Notes under the pieces: generated by a model
The model's input: only the letters and a program-made list of their open reading frames with translations
What the model was told of the DNA's origin: nothing
Databases searched by the model: none
Part shown: piece by piece, positions 10,509 through 21,483 of the stretch
How positions within the stretch are numbered: position 1 is the stretch's first letter
Layout of the letters: each line of letters opens with the position of its first letter
Assembly (NCBI RefSeq): GCF_007859945.1
Contig: NZ_SJPQ01000002.1
Location: forward strand, 410,279 to 474,278
Origin: Pseudobythopirellula maris
GTDB taxonomy: Bacteria; Planctomycetota; Planctomycetia; Pirellulales; Lacipirellulaceae
Reading direction: 5' to 3'
DNA: 64,000 nt
Made by a program: the position numbers and the translations under genes

Positions 10509-10928
10509 CTAGCCAAAGAACCCCCGCGAAGCGGGCGGCTCGAAGGCGTTGACGAAGTGCTCCGCGCTGAGCGGCAGCCGCTCTCCCTTCGGCCAATGGA
10601 TCGCGACCACGTCGAATCGCACCGGGTGCTCCAGCAGGTCGTGCGAACGCAAGAAAGCCAACGCGGCGCGGCTGAGCCGCCGCTGCTTCTCAGGGGTGAC
10701 CGCCTCGGCCGGGGTTCCCGCCCGCAGCGAACGGCGTGTCTTGACCTCGACAAACACGAGCGGCTGTCGCTCGAGCGAGCGTTCACGCCGCCGATCGAGG
10801 GCCACGAGGTCGAACTCGCCGTAGCGGTTGCGACGCCCCGCCAGCAACATCTTGAAGCCCTTGCGCTTGAGCAGTTTGGCGGCGTGGCGTTCGCCGCGCT
10901 CGCCGAGCGGACGCGGGCGGCCGAGCAT
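10509..10928 (-). CDS. YraN/UPF0102 family endonuclease
   Basis: The ORF is longer, but the start at MLGRPRPLGERGERHAAKLLKRKGFKML gives ~139 aa. Conserved GEFDLVA...VFVEVKTR core of the YraN family. Confidence 0.65.
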   Translation of the reverse strand: MLGRPRPLGERGERHAAKLLKRKGFKMLLAGRRNRYGEFDLVALDRRRERSLERQPLVFVEVKTRRSLRAGTPAEAVTPEKQRRLSRAALAFLRSHDLLEHPVRFDVVAIHWPKGERLPLSAEHFVNAFEPPASRGFFG

Positions 10929-11050
10929 CGCGAGGCGGATCGTCACGTTCGCAACCGGCTTGAGGAGCAGAGCAGATGTCGCCCCCCACTCTGATCGCCG
11001 GCAACGCCAGAAGCAAACAACTTCTCCCGGCGAGTTCCCGCCCAATCACA

Positions 11051-11689
11051 CTAGCGACGCAGCCCGCTGTAATAGCGCCCCGTGTCGTTGAAGCGAGCGG
11101 CTCGGGAGTACGACCCTTGAGGCGCGCCGCCCGACGGCGCGCTGTAGGCGGCTTGCTGCACCTGCCGCTGCAATCGCTGGAGCAACACCTGCTGGCTCTG
11201 CGCTTGCTCGACCTGCTGCTGCTGGGGCCGCACGAACACGTGGTAGTTCGGCGCCGCGTCTTCGCCCTCGTCCAGATAGAGGTTCAGGTAAGGGCTCACG
11301 GTCGCGGGCCGGCTGATCGTGGAGAACGGCTTGCTCGCCGGCCGGCTGGCGACGGCGTGCCCCGCGGAGCCCGACGACGGCCTGCCCGGCATCTGGCTCA
11401 TCGTCGCCCGGGCTTTTTGCGAGCCGTAGTAGTTCAGCACGCTCTGCGCGTGGGCGTCGAGCGGGGCCGGGCCTTGGTGCGAGGGGACCGGGGCCGCAAC
11501 GGCCGGGGCTTGCCTCACCGCCCCCTGCCGGCTGCCGCCTTCCCAGGTGTACGAGTCCGAGGCGCCCATCGCGCGGCGGAGCGAGTAAGGGTCGGCGCCA
11601 GACGGTTGGGCCTGAGCCGTGCCGACCGAGCCAGCGGCCAACACGATCGCCAACACAATCAAGTTCGAGAGCAGCATGGCGGTTCGCAT
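11051..11689 (-). CDS. Secreted Gln/Ser/Ala-rich hypothetical protein
   Basis: Start chosen at MRTAMLLSNLIVLAIVLAAGSVGTAQA (signal peptide). Low-complexity Q-rich C-terminal region. No recognisable domain. Confidence 0.4.
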   Translation of the reverse strand: MRTAMLLSNLIVLAIVLAAGSVGTAQAQPSGADPYSLRRAMGASDSYTWEGGSRQGAVRQAPAVAAPVPSHQGPAPLDAHAQSVLNYYGSQKARATMSQMPGRPSSGSAGHAVASRPASKPFSTISRPATVSPYLNLYLDEGEDAAPNYHVFVRPQQQQVEQAQSQQVLLQRLQRQVQQAAYSAPSGGAPQGSYSRAARFNDTGRYYSGLRR

Positions 11690-11830
11690 CGGGAGGGCTC
11701 CGTGTTCACTTCGATAGGATCGTCGCGTGGGTGCGGGGAGCGCGCAAGCACAACGCGCATCACGACCGAGCGCCCGCTTAATCGTTAGAGTCGTCAAAGT
11801 CCGCCACGCAACTTGCGTCTATCTGGCGAT

Positions 11831-12976
11831 TCAGCCCGCGGTCGCTAGCAACGCTGTCAGCAGCGCCTCGGCGCGATGCGCCCCATCGCCCTCAATCACG
11901 TCGCCCTCGATCGCGGCGCCCTCGATCGCGTCGCACGCCTCGCGGAGCGTGGCGGCCTGCCGGGGCAAGAAAGGCACGGCCGCCCCGGGCTCAGGGCTCG
12001 CGTCGACCAGGCTGCTCGTGATCGCCGCGAGCAAGGCCTCGATCCCCCGCCCGTCGACGCTGCTCGTGCCGATCGCACCGGCCGGCGTCGGGAGGTCAGC
12101 GAGGTCGACCTTGCTCCTCACGTCGATCCGTTTAACTCCGGCAGGCGACTCGATCGGCGCCGCGTCGCCTTCGGCGAGCGGCGTGACCGCAACGATCAGG
12201 TCGGCCCCCGCCAGGGCGGCCCGGGCCCGCTCGATGCCCGCCGCTTCGAGGGGGTCGCTGCTGACTCGCAGCCCCGCCGTGTCGCTGAGCTCGACGGGCC
12301 AGCCATCCAGGGCGGTCCGCACGGCCACCACGTCGCGTGTCGTGCCGGGCGTGTCGTACACGATCGCTCGCTCGTAGCCCACTAGCGCATTCACCAGGCT
12401 GCTCTTGCCGGCGTTCGGCGGGCCGGCGAGCACCACCCGCCAGGGCGAGATGAGCCTGCCGCCAAGCCGTTCCCAGCGGAGCACGCCGAGGAGCATGTCG
12501 CGGGCGCCGTGCGCGTCGCCCCCGCGTAGCCGATTTAGCGCCGCCTCGACCGCGTGGTCGAGGGCCCCGTTCGCCTGGTCGAGCAACACGCCCGCCACAC
12601 GCTCGGTCGGCGCCGATCGCAAAGCCCGCCACGCCGCCGCGGCCATCGGGCTCACACCGGCCGGCTCCACTTCGTCTTCAAGCCGAGTCGCCCCCCGCTC
12701 GGCGAGGCTTGCCACAACCGCGCCGACCGCCGCGTCACCCCCGTGGCAGTGGACCTCAACTCGCTCCCGGCCGCGCACGGCCACCACCACCTCTTCGCCC
12801 TTCTCGCCCAGCCAGCGACCGAACAGCGGTTGGTTGCTTGGCCTCTCGCCGAGCGGCTTGCCTGCCGCGCCGAAGAAGCAGCGGTCGACACACGCCAACG
12901 CCCCCGCGCCACGGACCTCGACCACGGCGATCGCCGCCCGCCCGCGCGGCGTGAGCACTCGCACCGTGGCCATCAC
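11831..12976 (-). CDS. mnmE: tRNA modification GTPase MnmE (TrmE)-like; C-terminal region atypical or short
   Basis: N-terminal VEVHCHGG. G domain GPPNAGKSSLVNAL, DTPGTTRD, DTAGLR. 4-bp ATGA overlap with coaX downstream. The canonical C-terminal ...CIGK motif was not seen. Confidence 0.6.
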   Translation of the reverse strand: MMATVRVLTPRGRAAIAVVEVRGAGALACVDRCFFGAAGKPLGERPSNQPLFGRWLGEKGEEVVVAVRGRERVEVHCHGGDAAVGAVVASLAERGATRLEDEVEPAGVSPMAAAAWRALRSAPTERVAGVLLDQANGALDHAVEAALNRLRGGDAHGARDMLLGVLRWERLGGRLISPWRVVLAGPPNAGKSSLVNALVGYERAIVYDTPGTTRDVVAVRTALDGWPVELSDTAGLRVSSDPLEAAGIERARAALAGADLIVAVTPLAEGDAAPIESPAGVKRIDVRSKVDLADLPTPAGAIGTSSVDGRGIEALLAAITSSLVDASPEPGAAVPFLPRQAATLREACDAIEGAAIEGDVIEGDGAHRAEALLTALLATAG

Positions 12977-13842
12977 GCCCCGCCCGGTGTAGACGCCAGG
13001 CTCTCGGCGGCCGCCGCCGCGCCCGAGAGCGCCAGGTGCGGCGCGTGGCGCACCACGTAGTCGGGGCCGCCGATCAGCCGGGCGACCGAAGGCGCCGCCC
13101 CGCCGGTGAGAAACACCTGCGGAGTAACGGTGAGCCGGTCGCGTTGGCGGGCGATCAGCTCTCGGATCGCCCCCACCGCGCCCCAGTAAAGCCCGGCGCG
13201 GATGGCGGAGAGTGTCTCCTTGCCCACGGCGTCGGGCGAGCCGTCGAGCTCGACCATCTCGCTCACCGGCAACGCCTCGGTCTGCTCGTTGAGCGCGCGG
13301 GCCGACATCCGCACGCCGGGCAGGATGGCGCCCCCCTCGAAGCCGCCGTCGGCCGACACCAGGTCGACCGTGATCGCGGTCCCCAGGTCGACGACGATCG
13401 CCGGCGCATCGGGGCGACGCAAACGGTTGGCGGCGACGGCCGTCAGCAACCGGTCAACGCCCACGCGCTCCGGCGCTTCGACACGCGTCACGAGCGGCAG
13501 GTTCTCGTGCGTGAGTCCGACCACGTTGATCTCGCACGAACGGCGCTGAGCCTCGTCGCGAAGCGCCGCCACAATGCGCTCGGCAGCCGGCCCGCAAACG
13601 CTCCCGATCGCCACCCGCAACGTGTCGATCGACAACCCGTCGAGCCACGCGGCCAGCGGTTCGTCCCACGACTCGTCCGAGCCGAGGCCGAGCGTCGAGT
13701 CGGGTTCGGGCAGCCGCGGGGCGGCGATCGGCAGCAGCGCCGCCGCCGCTCCCTCTGGGGCGTTGTCACAGGCGCCGGCCGCAGGGAAATACCCGAGCTT
13801 CACACGGCTGTTGCCGACATCGATTGCGATAAGTCCGCTCAT
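12973..13842 (-). CDS. coaX: Type III pantothenate kinase
   Basis: MSGLIAIDVGNSRVKLGYF N-terminus and ...GTAITVD... are typical of CoaX/Bvg accessory factor. The ORF extends upstream to 13956, but the homologous start is at 13842. Confidence 0.8.
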   Translation of the reverse strand: MSGLIAIDVGNSRVKLGYFPAAGACDNAPEGAAAALLPIAAPRLPEPDSTLGLGSDESWDEPLAAWLDGLSIDTLRVAIGSVCGPAAERIVAALRDEAQRRSCEINVVGLTHENLPLVTRVEAPERVGVDRLLTAVAANRLRRPDAPAIVVDLGTAITVDLVSADGGFEGGAILPGVRMSARALNEQTEALPVSEMVELDGSPDAVGKETLSAIRAGLYWGAVGAIRELIARQRDRLTVTPQVFLTGGAAPSVARLIGGPDYVVRHAPHLALSGAAAAAESLASTPGGA

Positions 13843-14069
13843 AGCAGCACGATAGCAGCCCCCCGGGGCGCCGTCACCGGAGCGATCCGCTTGCACCGCG
13901 CCGGAGGACGCAATCGAGAGCCGCCCGTCAGTGGCCCTCCAGTCCGTGGCTCGCATGCCGGCGCCGTGCTAAACTGAGCCGTTTGCCCCCCGGCCGCCGC
14001 TCCCCACCAAGGGGAGAGCCACCCCGGCGTGGCCCACCGCTCGAACCCACACCCCGGACGCGCAACGCC

Positions 14070-17021
14070 ATGGCGACGGATGCCGGCATCACCGCAACCG
14101 ACGGCGCCACGACGCCCGTTCAGCCCACAAGCGGGCCACGTCCCGCGGCGCCCGGCGCCAACGGCCGGGCGGACTCGGCCGCCATCCGCATCCGCGGCGC
14201 GCGGGCCAACAACCTGCAGAACGTCGACGTCGACCTGCCCCGCAATCGGCTGATCGTCATCACGGGCGTGAGCGGCAGCGGCAAGAGCTCGCTGGCGTTC
14301 GACACCTTGCTGGCCGAGGGCCAGCGGCAGTACATCGACTCGCTGAGCGTTTACGCCCGCCAGTTCTTCGACCAACGCGAGCGGCCCGATGTCGACCGCA
14401 TCGAGGGCTTGCAGCCGGCCGTCGCGATCGACCAGAGCCAGGGCTCGCACAGCCCGCGCAGCACGGTCGGCACGATCACCGAGGCGTACGACTACCTGCG
14501 GCTGCTCTACGCCCGCACCGGTGAGATGGCGTGCGCCGAGTGTGGCGAGCCGATCTCGCAGCAGGCGCCCGAAGAGATCGAGCAGGCGATCCTCGCCCTG
14601 CCGGCCGACTCGCGGGCGATGCTGCTGGCGCCGCTCGTGCAGGGCCGCAAGGGCAAGCACGCCGAGCTCCTGGAAGAGGCCCGCAAGGCGGGCTTCGTGC
14701 GTGTGCGGATCGACGGGCTCACCTACCCGATCGAAGACGCCCCGCCGCTCGGGGCGCAGAAGACGCACGACATCGACGCGGTGATCGACCGCGTGGTGAT
14801 CCGCGACGGGCTCGAGGAGCGGCTCAGCGAGTCGGTCCGCCTCGCCGTGCGGCACGGCGACGGCGTGGTGCGCGTCGTCTACCAAACACCCGAGGACAGG
14901 GAGAAGGCCAGCAGCGACGCGGGCGGCTCGGCCTACGACCCCGAGCACGGTTGGCGTGAGAAACTCTACAACACGCGCTACGCCTGCCCCAGTTGCAAGA
15001 CCGGCGTCGCCGAGGTCGAGCCGCGGACCTTCAGCTTCAACAGCCCCTACGGCGCCTGCCCGGCGTGCGACGGCATGGGCGTGGACGAGGGATTCGACCC
15101 CGAACTCGTGCTGCCCGACCTGAGCCTGTCGCTCGCCCAGGGGGCGATCGCCCCTTGGCGGTCGTCGACCCCGGCGGCCAAGAAGAAGCAAGACAAGGCG
15201 CTCGCCCCCCTGCTGGCCGGCAAGCCGTTCGACGCCCAGACGCCGCTCGAGCAATGGCCCGAAGAAGCGTTGCAAACGCTGCTCACCGGCGAGGCCGACG
15301 CCCTCCAGAAAGGGGGCTTCCTGGGGCTGCTGCTCCTGTTGGAAGAGGCCCACCGCGGCGCCAAGAGCGACGCCGCCCGCGAGCGGCTCGACGCCTACCG
15401 CGGCAAGGTCACCTGCCCCGACTGCAACGGCTCGCGCCTGCGGCCCGAGGCCCGCAGCTGCCGTGTGAACGGCATGGCGATCCACGAGCTCACATCGTTG
15501 TCGATCCGCGACGCCCACGCCCGCCTCTCCGACTTGGAGTTCGACGATGACCGCCGCGCGGTGGCCGAGCCGATCGTCCGCGAGGTCGTCCGCCGACTCA
15601 AGTTCCTCCAGGAGTCGGGCGTCGGCTACCTGTCGCTCGGCCGCCCGGCCGACACGCTCTCCGGTGGCGAGCTGCAGCGGGTGCGGCTCGCCACGGGCAT
15701 CGGCTCGGGGCTGGTCGGCGTGATGTACCTGCTCGACGAGCCGTCGATCGGCCTCCACCCGCGCGACAACCGCCGGCTGATCGACTCGATGCGCGGCCTC
15801 CAGCGGCAGGGCAACACGGTGATCGTTGTCGAGCACGACGAGGAGGTGATGCGCGCCGCCGACTGGCTGATCGACATCGGCCCGGGCGCCGGCGACAAGG
15901 GAGGCCTCGTCGTCGCGGAGGGGACGCCCGACGAGGTCGCCGCCCACCCCACGTCCGTCACCGGCCGCTACCTGCGCGGCGAGTCGATCTTGCCGACGCC
16001 CGAGAAGCGTCGCCGCACCGCCAAGTCGCGTTCCTTGGAGATCGAGGGCGCCGAGCTGCACAACCTCAAGAGCCTCAGCGTCACGATCCCGTTGGGCGCC
16101 CTGGTCTGCGTGAGCGGCGTGAGCGGCAGCGGCAAGAGCTCGCTCGTGATGGGCGTGCTGGCCAAGGCGCTGGCGAAGAAACTCAACGGCGCCGCCGCCA
16201 AGCCGGGGCCCTATTCGGCCCTCCGGGGCGTTGCCCAGCTCGACCGATTCGTCAAGGTCGACCAGTCGCCCATCGGCCGCTCGCCGCGCAGCAACGCGGC
16301 GACCTACACCGGCGCGTTCGACGAGATCCGCAAGCTGTTCGCCGGCGCCAAGCTCTCGCGCCAGCGCGGCTACAAGCTCGGCCGGTTCAGCTTCAACGTG
16401 AAAGGGGGCCGCTGCGAAGAGTGCCAGGGCCAGGGCGTGCAGAAGATCGAGATGAACTTCCTGCCCGACCTGTTCGTCCCCTGCGACGCCTGCGGCGGGG
16501 CGCGGTTCAACCGCCAAACACTCGCCGTGCGCTACAAGCAGCGGTCGATCGCCGACGTGCTGGCGATGCAGGTCGACGAGGCGGTCGAGTTCTTCAAGGA
16601 CGTCGCCGCGATCCACCGCCCGCTCGCGGCGTTGGCCGACGTCGGCCTGGGCTACCTCCGGATCGGCCAGCCCTCGAACAAGCTCTCGGGCGGCGAGGCG
16701 CAGCGGATCAAGCTCGCCGCCGAGCTCGGCGCCCCCAAGCCCGGCAGCGCGTTCTACGTGCTCGACGAGCCGACCACCGGCCTGCACGCCGACGACGTGC
16801 GGCGGCTGCTGGGTGTGCTCCACCGCTTGGTCGACGCCGGCAACACGGTGCTCGTGATCGAGCACCACCTCGACGTGATGCGCTCGGCCGACTGGCTCAT
16901 CGACCTCGGCCCCGAAGGGGGCGACGGCGGCGGCTGTCTCGTGGCGGCCGGCACACCGGAGGAGGTCGCCCAGGTCGATGCGAGCCACACCGGCCAGTGG
17001 CTGCGCAAGGTGCTGGGGTAG
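14070..17021 (+). CDS. uvrA: Excinuclease ABC subunit A (canonical class I UvrA)
   Basis: Two ABC ATPase halves ([10 protein letters not shown] x2; LSGGE signature x2). Zn-finger Cys pairs. UvrB-binding region (CAECGEPI...[32 protein letters not shown]). Start chosen at MATDAG. Confidence 0.9.
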   Translation: MATDAGITATDGATTPVQPTSGPRPAAPGANGRADSAAIRIRGARANNLQNVDVDLPRNRLIVITGVSGSGKSSLAFDTLLAEGQRQYIDSLSVYARQFFDQRERPDVDRIEGLQPAVAIDQSQGSHSPRSTVGTITEAYDYLRLLYARTGEMACAECGEPISQQAPEEIEQAILALPADSRAMLLAPLVQGRKGKHAELLEEARKAGFVRVRIDGLTYPIEDAPPLGAQKTHDIDAVIDRVVIRDGLEERLSESVRLAVRHGDGVVRVVYQTPEDREKASSDAGGSAYDPEHGWREKLYNTRYACPSCKTGVAEVEPRTFSFNSPYGACPACDGMGVDEGFDPELVLPDLSLSLAQGAIAPWRSSTPAAKKKQDKALAPLLAGKPFDAQTPLEQWPEEALQTLLTGEADALQKGGFLGLLLLLEEAHRGAKSDAARERLDAYRGKVTCPDCNGSRLRPEARSCRVNGMAIHELTSLSIRDAHARLSDLEFDDDRRAVAEPIVREVVRRLKFLQESGVGYLSLGRPADTLSGGELQRVRLATGIGSGLVGVMYLLDEPSIGLHPRDNRRLIDSMRGLQRQGNTVIVVEHDEEVMRAADWLIDIGPGAGDKGGLVVAEGTPDEVAAHPTSVTGRYLRGESILPTPEKRRRTAKSRSLEIEGAELHNLKSLSVTIPLGALVCVSGVSGSGKSSLVMGVLAKALAKKLNGAAAKPGPYSALRGVAQLDRFVKVDQSPIGRSPRSNAATYTGAFDEIRKLFAGAKLSRQRGYKLGRFSFNVKGGRCEECQGQGVQKIEMNFLPDLFVPCDACGGARFNRQTLAVRYKQRSIADVLAMQVDEAVEFFKDVAAIHRPLAALADVGLGYLRIGQPSNKLSGGEAQRIKLAAELGAPKPGSAFYVLDEPTTGLHADDVRRLLGVLHRLVDAGNTVLVIEHHLDVMRSADWLIDLGPEGGDGGGCLVAAGTPEEVAQVDASHTGQWLRKVLG

Positions 17022-17100
17022 CACCGGAGAGGCCCGGTTTGCTCTATACTCACCGTCGCCCGCCACTCGCCCCTCTTCTCCCTACACGAGGCCGCCGCCG

Positions 17101-17874
17101 ATGGCCCCCAAGCACAGCTCCACAAAGCGCAAGCCCCCCGAGCCGCTGATGCCCGCCTCTTGGGACGCGCCCCAGGTGTTCCGCGACCGGCTCGGCGTCC
17201 ACGCCGGCCGGCAGCGGCTGATGCAGAGCGACGGCCAGCTGCTGCTCGTGCTGCACGCGCCGCCCACGGCCGACGAGACGCACCGTCGCGGCCGGGTCTT
17301 CTGGCGCAACGCCGAGGGCCGCTGGCTCCCGGCGTCGCTCGCCCACGGCGGGCACTCGGTCAACGAACTGCTCGACGAGTACGAGGCGGCCACCGAGGCG
17401 CTCGACGACCGCGCCGACACCGCCGACGGCGCCGCGGAGATGTTCAGCGTGCTCACCGAGCTGAACCCGCTGGCCCGCGCCGCTCGCAACCTGTACGGCG
17501 TGTTGCAGGAGGCGCGCGAGGCCGACCGCAGCGACCCCAGCCTGATCCCGCTACGTGACCGGGCGTACTCGCTGAACGTGCGGCTCGAGTTGCTGCAGCA
17601 AGAGACCAAGCACGCGCTCGACTACCTCGTCGCGCTGCGGGCCGAGGAGCAAGCCGTCTCGTCCGCGCGGCAGTCGCTCGCCGCCCACCGGCTCAACAAG
17701 CTGGTCGCGTTGTTCCTGCCGCTCGCCACGCTCGGCGGCGTGCTCGGCATGAACATGTCGAACGGCCTGGAGAAGCTCGACGCCCGCCACGCGCCGCTGC
17801 CGATCATCGGCGTGCTGCTTGTCGGGCTGGTGATGGGCTTGCTGCTGAGCATTTACGTCACGCGTAAGAAGTAG
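17101..17874 (+). CDS. CorA-family-like divalent cation transporter (short N-domain, GMN motif, two C-terminal TM helices)
   Basis: ...LATLGGVLGMNMSNGLE... followed by a second TM helix and a KK tail matches CorA/ZntB topology. Start at MAPKHSS. Confidence 0.5.
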   Translation: MAPKHSSTKRKPPEPLMPASWDAPQVFRDRLGVHAGRQRLMQSDGQLLLVLHAPPTADETHRRGRVFWRNAEGRWLPASLAHGGHSVNELLDEYEAATEALDDRADTADGAAEMFSVLTELNPLARAARNLYGVLQEAREADRSDPSLIPLRDRAYSLNVRLELLQQETKHALDYLVALRAEEQAVSSARQSLAAHRLNKLVALFLPLATLGGVLGMNMSNGLEKLDARHAPLPIIGVLLVGLVMGLLLSIYVTRKK

Positions 17875-18412
17875 CGCTTCGTCGCCCTGCGGGCTCCCAG
17901 AAGTTGGCCCAGAGAAATCTGAAATACCTGTCGGCGATTGTCGCCCCAAAGTTTTCAGCGCACGAATGGCCCGAACGGGTCTCGAAAAAACGCAGCAGAG
18001 CCGCCTTCTACGAGCGTCTCTTCCGGCTCAACGCAACGGGCGGAAATTTAACGACCTCCTGCGGCGCCCAATTATCTTTGTAACCGGCTGCGCACCTAAT
18101 TTCGACAATCGCTTTTGGGCCATACTGGCGTAGGCGATTGTTGGCCGCCGTCACTTTTTATAAGTCGCCGCCACGTAGGGATTTAGCCCCACGTCATTAA
18201 TCGGGTCAAGACATTTCTCGGCGCTTTAATTGGCCGGCCGGCGGTTTTTGAGCGCTCCGCGGCGATGAGGGAACCACGACGGAACGAAGGGACGACGAGG
18301 CGGCCGCGAGGGGGGCTGTGTGTCGATCACGGCGGGCGGTGATGACGGCACGCTGTTCACTCTTTTGCTTGAGGCGCGCATGGCCTGGAGTGATGGGGCG
18401 CGGGCCGACGGC

Positions 18413-19255
18413 TCACCACCAACCGCGCACGCCGAATAGCATCGTGGAGAGTTCGACCGACTCGATGTCGAGGTACTCGTAGCCGGTGTAAGCCTCGAAG
18501 TCGCGCCACTGGACGCCCACCGTCGTGCGGCCGCGGAATAGGTGGGTCTCGCCCAGTCGGCCCCAGTCGATCTCGGCCGAAACTACGTACGGCTTGCTCG
18601 GCAGGTAGTCGAAGCCGTACGTGAAATTGAAGCCGACGTCGTCCCGGGCGTCGGCCATCCAGTTGACGCCCAGGCCGCTCCGCCAAACCGTGTAAGAGTT
18701 CTGTGCGAAGCGGAACACTAGGTTGGCGTCGCCGAGCGTGAGGCTGTCGCTGCCGCCGCCAACCATCCGCTCGGAGTACTCCACCGCCGAGGCGTCGAGC
18801 GTCATCCGAGCGACGGGCAGATCGACCTGCAGCTTGGCGCCGACCGAGTCGATGTCGGAAAAGTCCGTGCCGTACTCCACGAGCCCGCGGGCCGACGACA
18901 CACCCTCGGTCGAGCGGCAAAACCAGTCCGTCTCCTTGAAGCCGTGGTCGGTTTCTTGCTGGCTATAGCTCTCGAAGCGGTCGCAGCAAGGCTCGTCGAA
19001 CATGTAGTACGGGAGCAAGTAAGGCGTAGCGAGCGCGAACAAGCCGAGCTCCGCAAAGAAGCTGTCATCGTCGCAGCCGTCGTACGATCGGCGCCGGGTC
19101 TTGCGGCTTCGCGGCGGCTCCTCGGTGGTGGGGTGCGTGTTCGGCGACACGACCGAATCACGGATCGCCGACAGTTGCTGCGCCGGCGCCGCCCGCCCGC
19201 CAAGCAGCAGAGCACACGCCAGCAGCCACGTCGCCGACAGCCTAGCAGGGGCCAT
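18413..19255 (-). CDS. Secreted hypothetical protein, possible outer-membrane beta-barrel (ends ...FGVRGWW)
   Basis: Signal peptide MAPARLSATWLLACALLLGGRAAPAQQ. Alternating beta-strand-like segments. C-terminal aromatic residues. Confidence 0.45.
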   Translation of the reverse strand: MAPARLSATWLLACALLLGGRAAPAQQLSAIRDSVVSPNTHPTTEEPPRSRKTRRRSYDGCDDDSFFAELGLFALATPYLLPYYMFDEPCCDRFESYSQQETDHGFKETDWFCRSTEGVSSARGLVEYGTDFSDIDSVGAKLQVDLPVARMTLDASAVEYSERMVGGGSDSLTLGDANLVFRFAQNSYTVWRSGLGVNWMADARDDVGFNFTYGFDYLPSKPYVVSAEIDWGRLGETHLFRGRTTVGVQWRDFEAYTGYEYLDIESVELSTMLFGVRGWW

Positions 19256-19425
19256 GAGGGGAAAGCTCGGAGGGACCTTTTAACGAGAGAGCGGGGGGAG
19301 GATAGTCGCGCGAGCGCCAGGGGGCAACCGCGCTTGCGGCGTGCGGCGCCAGCATTGGCGCCGAGGGGAGGGCGGCGGTACGCGGTGCGATTGCGCGTGG
19401 TTGGTGAGCGTTAAAAGGGCGCCCA

Positions 19426-19484
19426 CTACCCGGGGCTTCTTGTCGCCTGCGGCGAAGCGAGGTTCAAGAACCTGGGCTACCCGG
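19426..19484. repeat. Repeat B copy (REP-like hairpin element)
   Basis: ctacccggggcttcttgtcgcctgcggcgaagcgaggttcaagaacctgggctacccgg. Contains an 8-bp stem cccaggtt/aacctggg around a 4-nt loop. Terminal ctacccgg direct repeats. Confidence 0.8.
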
Positions 19485-19908
19485 TCTTATCGAACGATCC
19501 CGGCTGGGGTCGACGCCACGGGCCGTCTGGCTCGCTCCTCGAAGGGCTTCGAGGGTCGCGGCCGATCGATGGCAACAGGAAGAAGGTGATTGGGAAAGCA
19601 AACTCGAACAGGTAGGCGACAACGCGGCTGGGCCAGGTGGCGAAAAACTCTATCGGACGGACGATCATCGCAGCGAGTCCGAGCAGAAAGGCGGAAAAAG
19701 CAAGGACGTCGAGCAGCACCGATAGCCACAACGGATCGTTCGCGACGTCTGTGCCCACACTAACGGAGTAAACGAAGAGACCGAGTGCCAGCAGAAACGA
19801 AGTCAGGGCGAGCTTAGAGCTGGTGAGCATCAGGCGTCTTGGGGAAGGCGGCGAGGCAGAGGCTGCAGAGGGGGCCTGGTCGTCGGACGCAGCGGGGCGG
19901 ATGGACAT
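19477..19908 (-). CDS. Small integral membrane protein (hypothetical); start uncertain because the ORF 5' end overlaps repeat A
   Basis: Hydrophobic helices LALTSFLLALGLFVYSV, LLDVLAFSAFLLGLAAMIV, AYLFEFAFPITFFLL. The ORF extends to 19962. Confidence 0.3.
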   Translation of the reverse strand: MSIRPAASDDQAPSAASASPPSPRRLMLTSSKLALTSFLLALGLFVYSVSVGTDVANDPLWLSVLLDVLAFSAFLLGLAAMIVRPIEFFATWPSRVVAYLFEFAFPITFFLLPSIGRDPRSPSRSEPDGPWRRPQPGSFDKTG

Positions 19909-19918
19909 CAAATGTCGG

Positions 19919-20024
19919 GTGGCTGGGGTCGGAGCCGAAGGCGTAGCCCCCAGATTTAGCAAGTGGATGCCGCGATCGTGGTTCTCCGGGGGCTCCGCTC
20001 CGCTACGACCCCGGGCACCCGGCG
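19919..20024. repeat. Repeat A copy 1 (~106 bp)
   Basis: gtggctggggtcggagccgaaggcgtagcccccagatttagcaagtggatgccgcgatcgtggttctccgggggctccgctccgctacgaccccgggcacccggcg. Near-identical to 21137-21245 and ~92% identical to 22545-22650. Confidence 0.9.
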
Positions 20025-20064
20025 GAGGGCATATTTATATTTTGTGGCTCCGACGAGAGAGCCA

Positions 20065-20976
20065 CTAGAGATTCTCAGACCGGTTCGACTCCGACTCTTG
20101 GCCGTAAAGCCTACGAAACACCTCGCTTTGCTCCCAGCCTTCGGGTAATCCCGTGTCTCTTACCTCTGAAGGAGGTTGAACATTCTTTTGCTCGGGCGCA
20201 CATCCCCTTGCTCGAAGAATACCCAGGGGGAAGGCCAACAGCATGCTCAGGATAATAACCCATCGAACAACTGCTGGATTGTTTTTCCAAGAGATATCGT
20301 TTTTTACTAAGCTTCTCTTGGTAACTTGCGATGGGGTGTCTTGTCCGCACAGTTTCTCGGCGTCATGACCGGGCATCGACTTAGCATCTGAGAGCGAGCT
20401 CCGGTCGATTGCAAAGGAGTCAGAACTCGAATCTTCGGTGGAGGAATAATAGAGAATATTGCTCCAATTCGAGACTCCCAACGAGTATAGCAAATTGTTC
20501 GCGTATTGCGTTTGCTGGCCCTGAGCGGCGTCAGAGAATTTTTCCCTCACATGCTCAGCCACCTGATCTACACCGCTAATGTAATCCAACAATTCGTCGA
20601 ACGTGTCGTCTGACTCCCACTCACCGAGCTCGAAGATTTCGCAAGGCTCGAGCAGAAAGTAGGAATTCTTATTTCTTTCGTCCGCCAGAAAGGCTTGTGT
20701 GCTCTCGATTAGGGCATTGACTTCAGGGTGCTCGACTCGCCTCAAGAAGTCCAGCAAACGCTGAACACCGATTTGGTAATCTCCTGCGATCGCCTCCGCC
20801 TCTGAGGAAGCCCATATCGACGAGGGGCATCGCTGTGGATTTCCGGACACCAACAACATGAACGCGATGGGGATGTCGTAGTTGAACTCGGCAATGCCGA
20901 CGGTACGCAGCACTTCTAGGGAAGTGTCCCTGCTGGGCAGCCGGTTGGCTGAATAGAGGTAGGATCGATTCGCCAT
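20065..20976 (-). CDS. Hypothetical protein encoded by a markedly lower-GC gene (likely horizontally acquired)
   Basis: 303-aa ORF. AT-richer codon usage than its neighbours. No recognisable domain. Bracketed by repeat A copies 1 and 2. Confidence 0.45.
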   Translation of the reverse strand: MANRSYLYSANRLPSRDTSLEVLRTVGIAEFNYDIPIAFMLLVSGNPQRCPSSIWASSEAEAIAGDYQIGVQRLLDFLRRVEHPEVNALIESTQAFLADERNKNSYFLLEPCEIFELGEWESDDTFDELLDYISGVDQVAEHVREKFSDAAQGQQTQYANNLLYSLGVSNWSNILYYSSTEDSSSDSFAIDRSSLSDAKSMPGHDAEKLCGQDTPSQVTKRSLVKNDISWKNNPAVVRWVIILSMLLAFPLGILRARGCAPEQKNVQPPSEVRDTGLPEGWEQSEVFRRLYGQESESNRSENL

Positions 20977-21136
20977 CCGCCCTGCCTTTCATTGGACAAT
21001 ATTAAGAATATACGGCCATGCACACACAAGCGTATGTGCATATCGCTTGTCAATGCGGGTCATTCAGGCCCTTCATAGAGAACGTCATCGGCGTTCTTCG
21101 CGAACCAGCCGTCTTCGCGGGTCGTCGCGGTCGCGG

Positions 21137-21245
21137 CGGGTGGCTGGGGTCGGAGCCGAAGGCGTAGCCCCCAGATTTAGCAAGTGGATGCCGCGATCGT
21201 GGTTCTCCGGGGGCTCCGCTCCGCTACGACCCCGGGCACCCGGCG
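21137..21245. repeat. Repeat A copy 2
   Basis: Same orientation and sequence as copy 1. Confidence 0.9.
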
Positions 21246-21483
21246 TCGGGCTCTTGGCGGCGGCGGTGCTCGCCGTACGCGTCGCCCGACATGCGGCCCG
21301 GCTTCTTCTTCTCCTTGCGACGCTTGCCCGCCCGCAGGGCCTCGTCCAGCAACTTCCTCAGCCGCTCCAGCCGGCGGACCGGCACCGCTCGCTGCCGGCG
21401 GAGTGAGGCCGACGAGTCGTCGTCGACGCCGATCGGCCGCAGCCTGAGTGAGTCCCGATCCGCACGGTGCCTGACGTGGGTGA

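Noticed and set aside
13839-17066. 1075-aa minus-strand ORF
   Set aside because: Antisense shadow of uvrA (14070-17021 +). Arg/Ala/Gly-rich junk translation typical of high-GC antisense frames.
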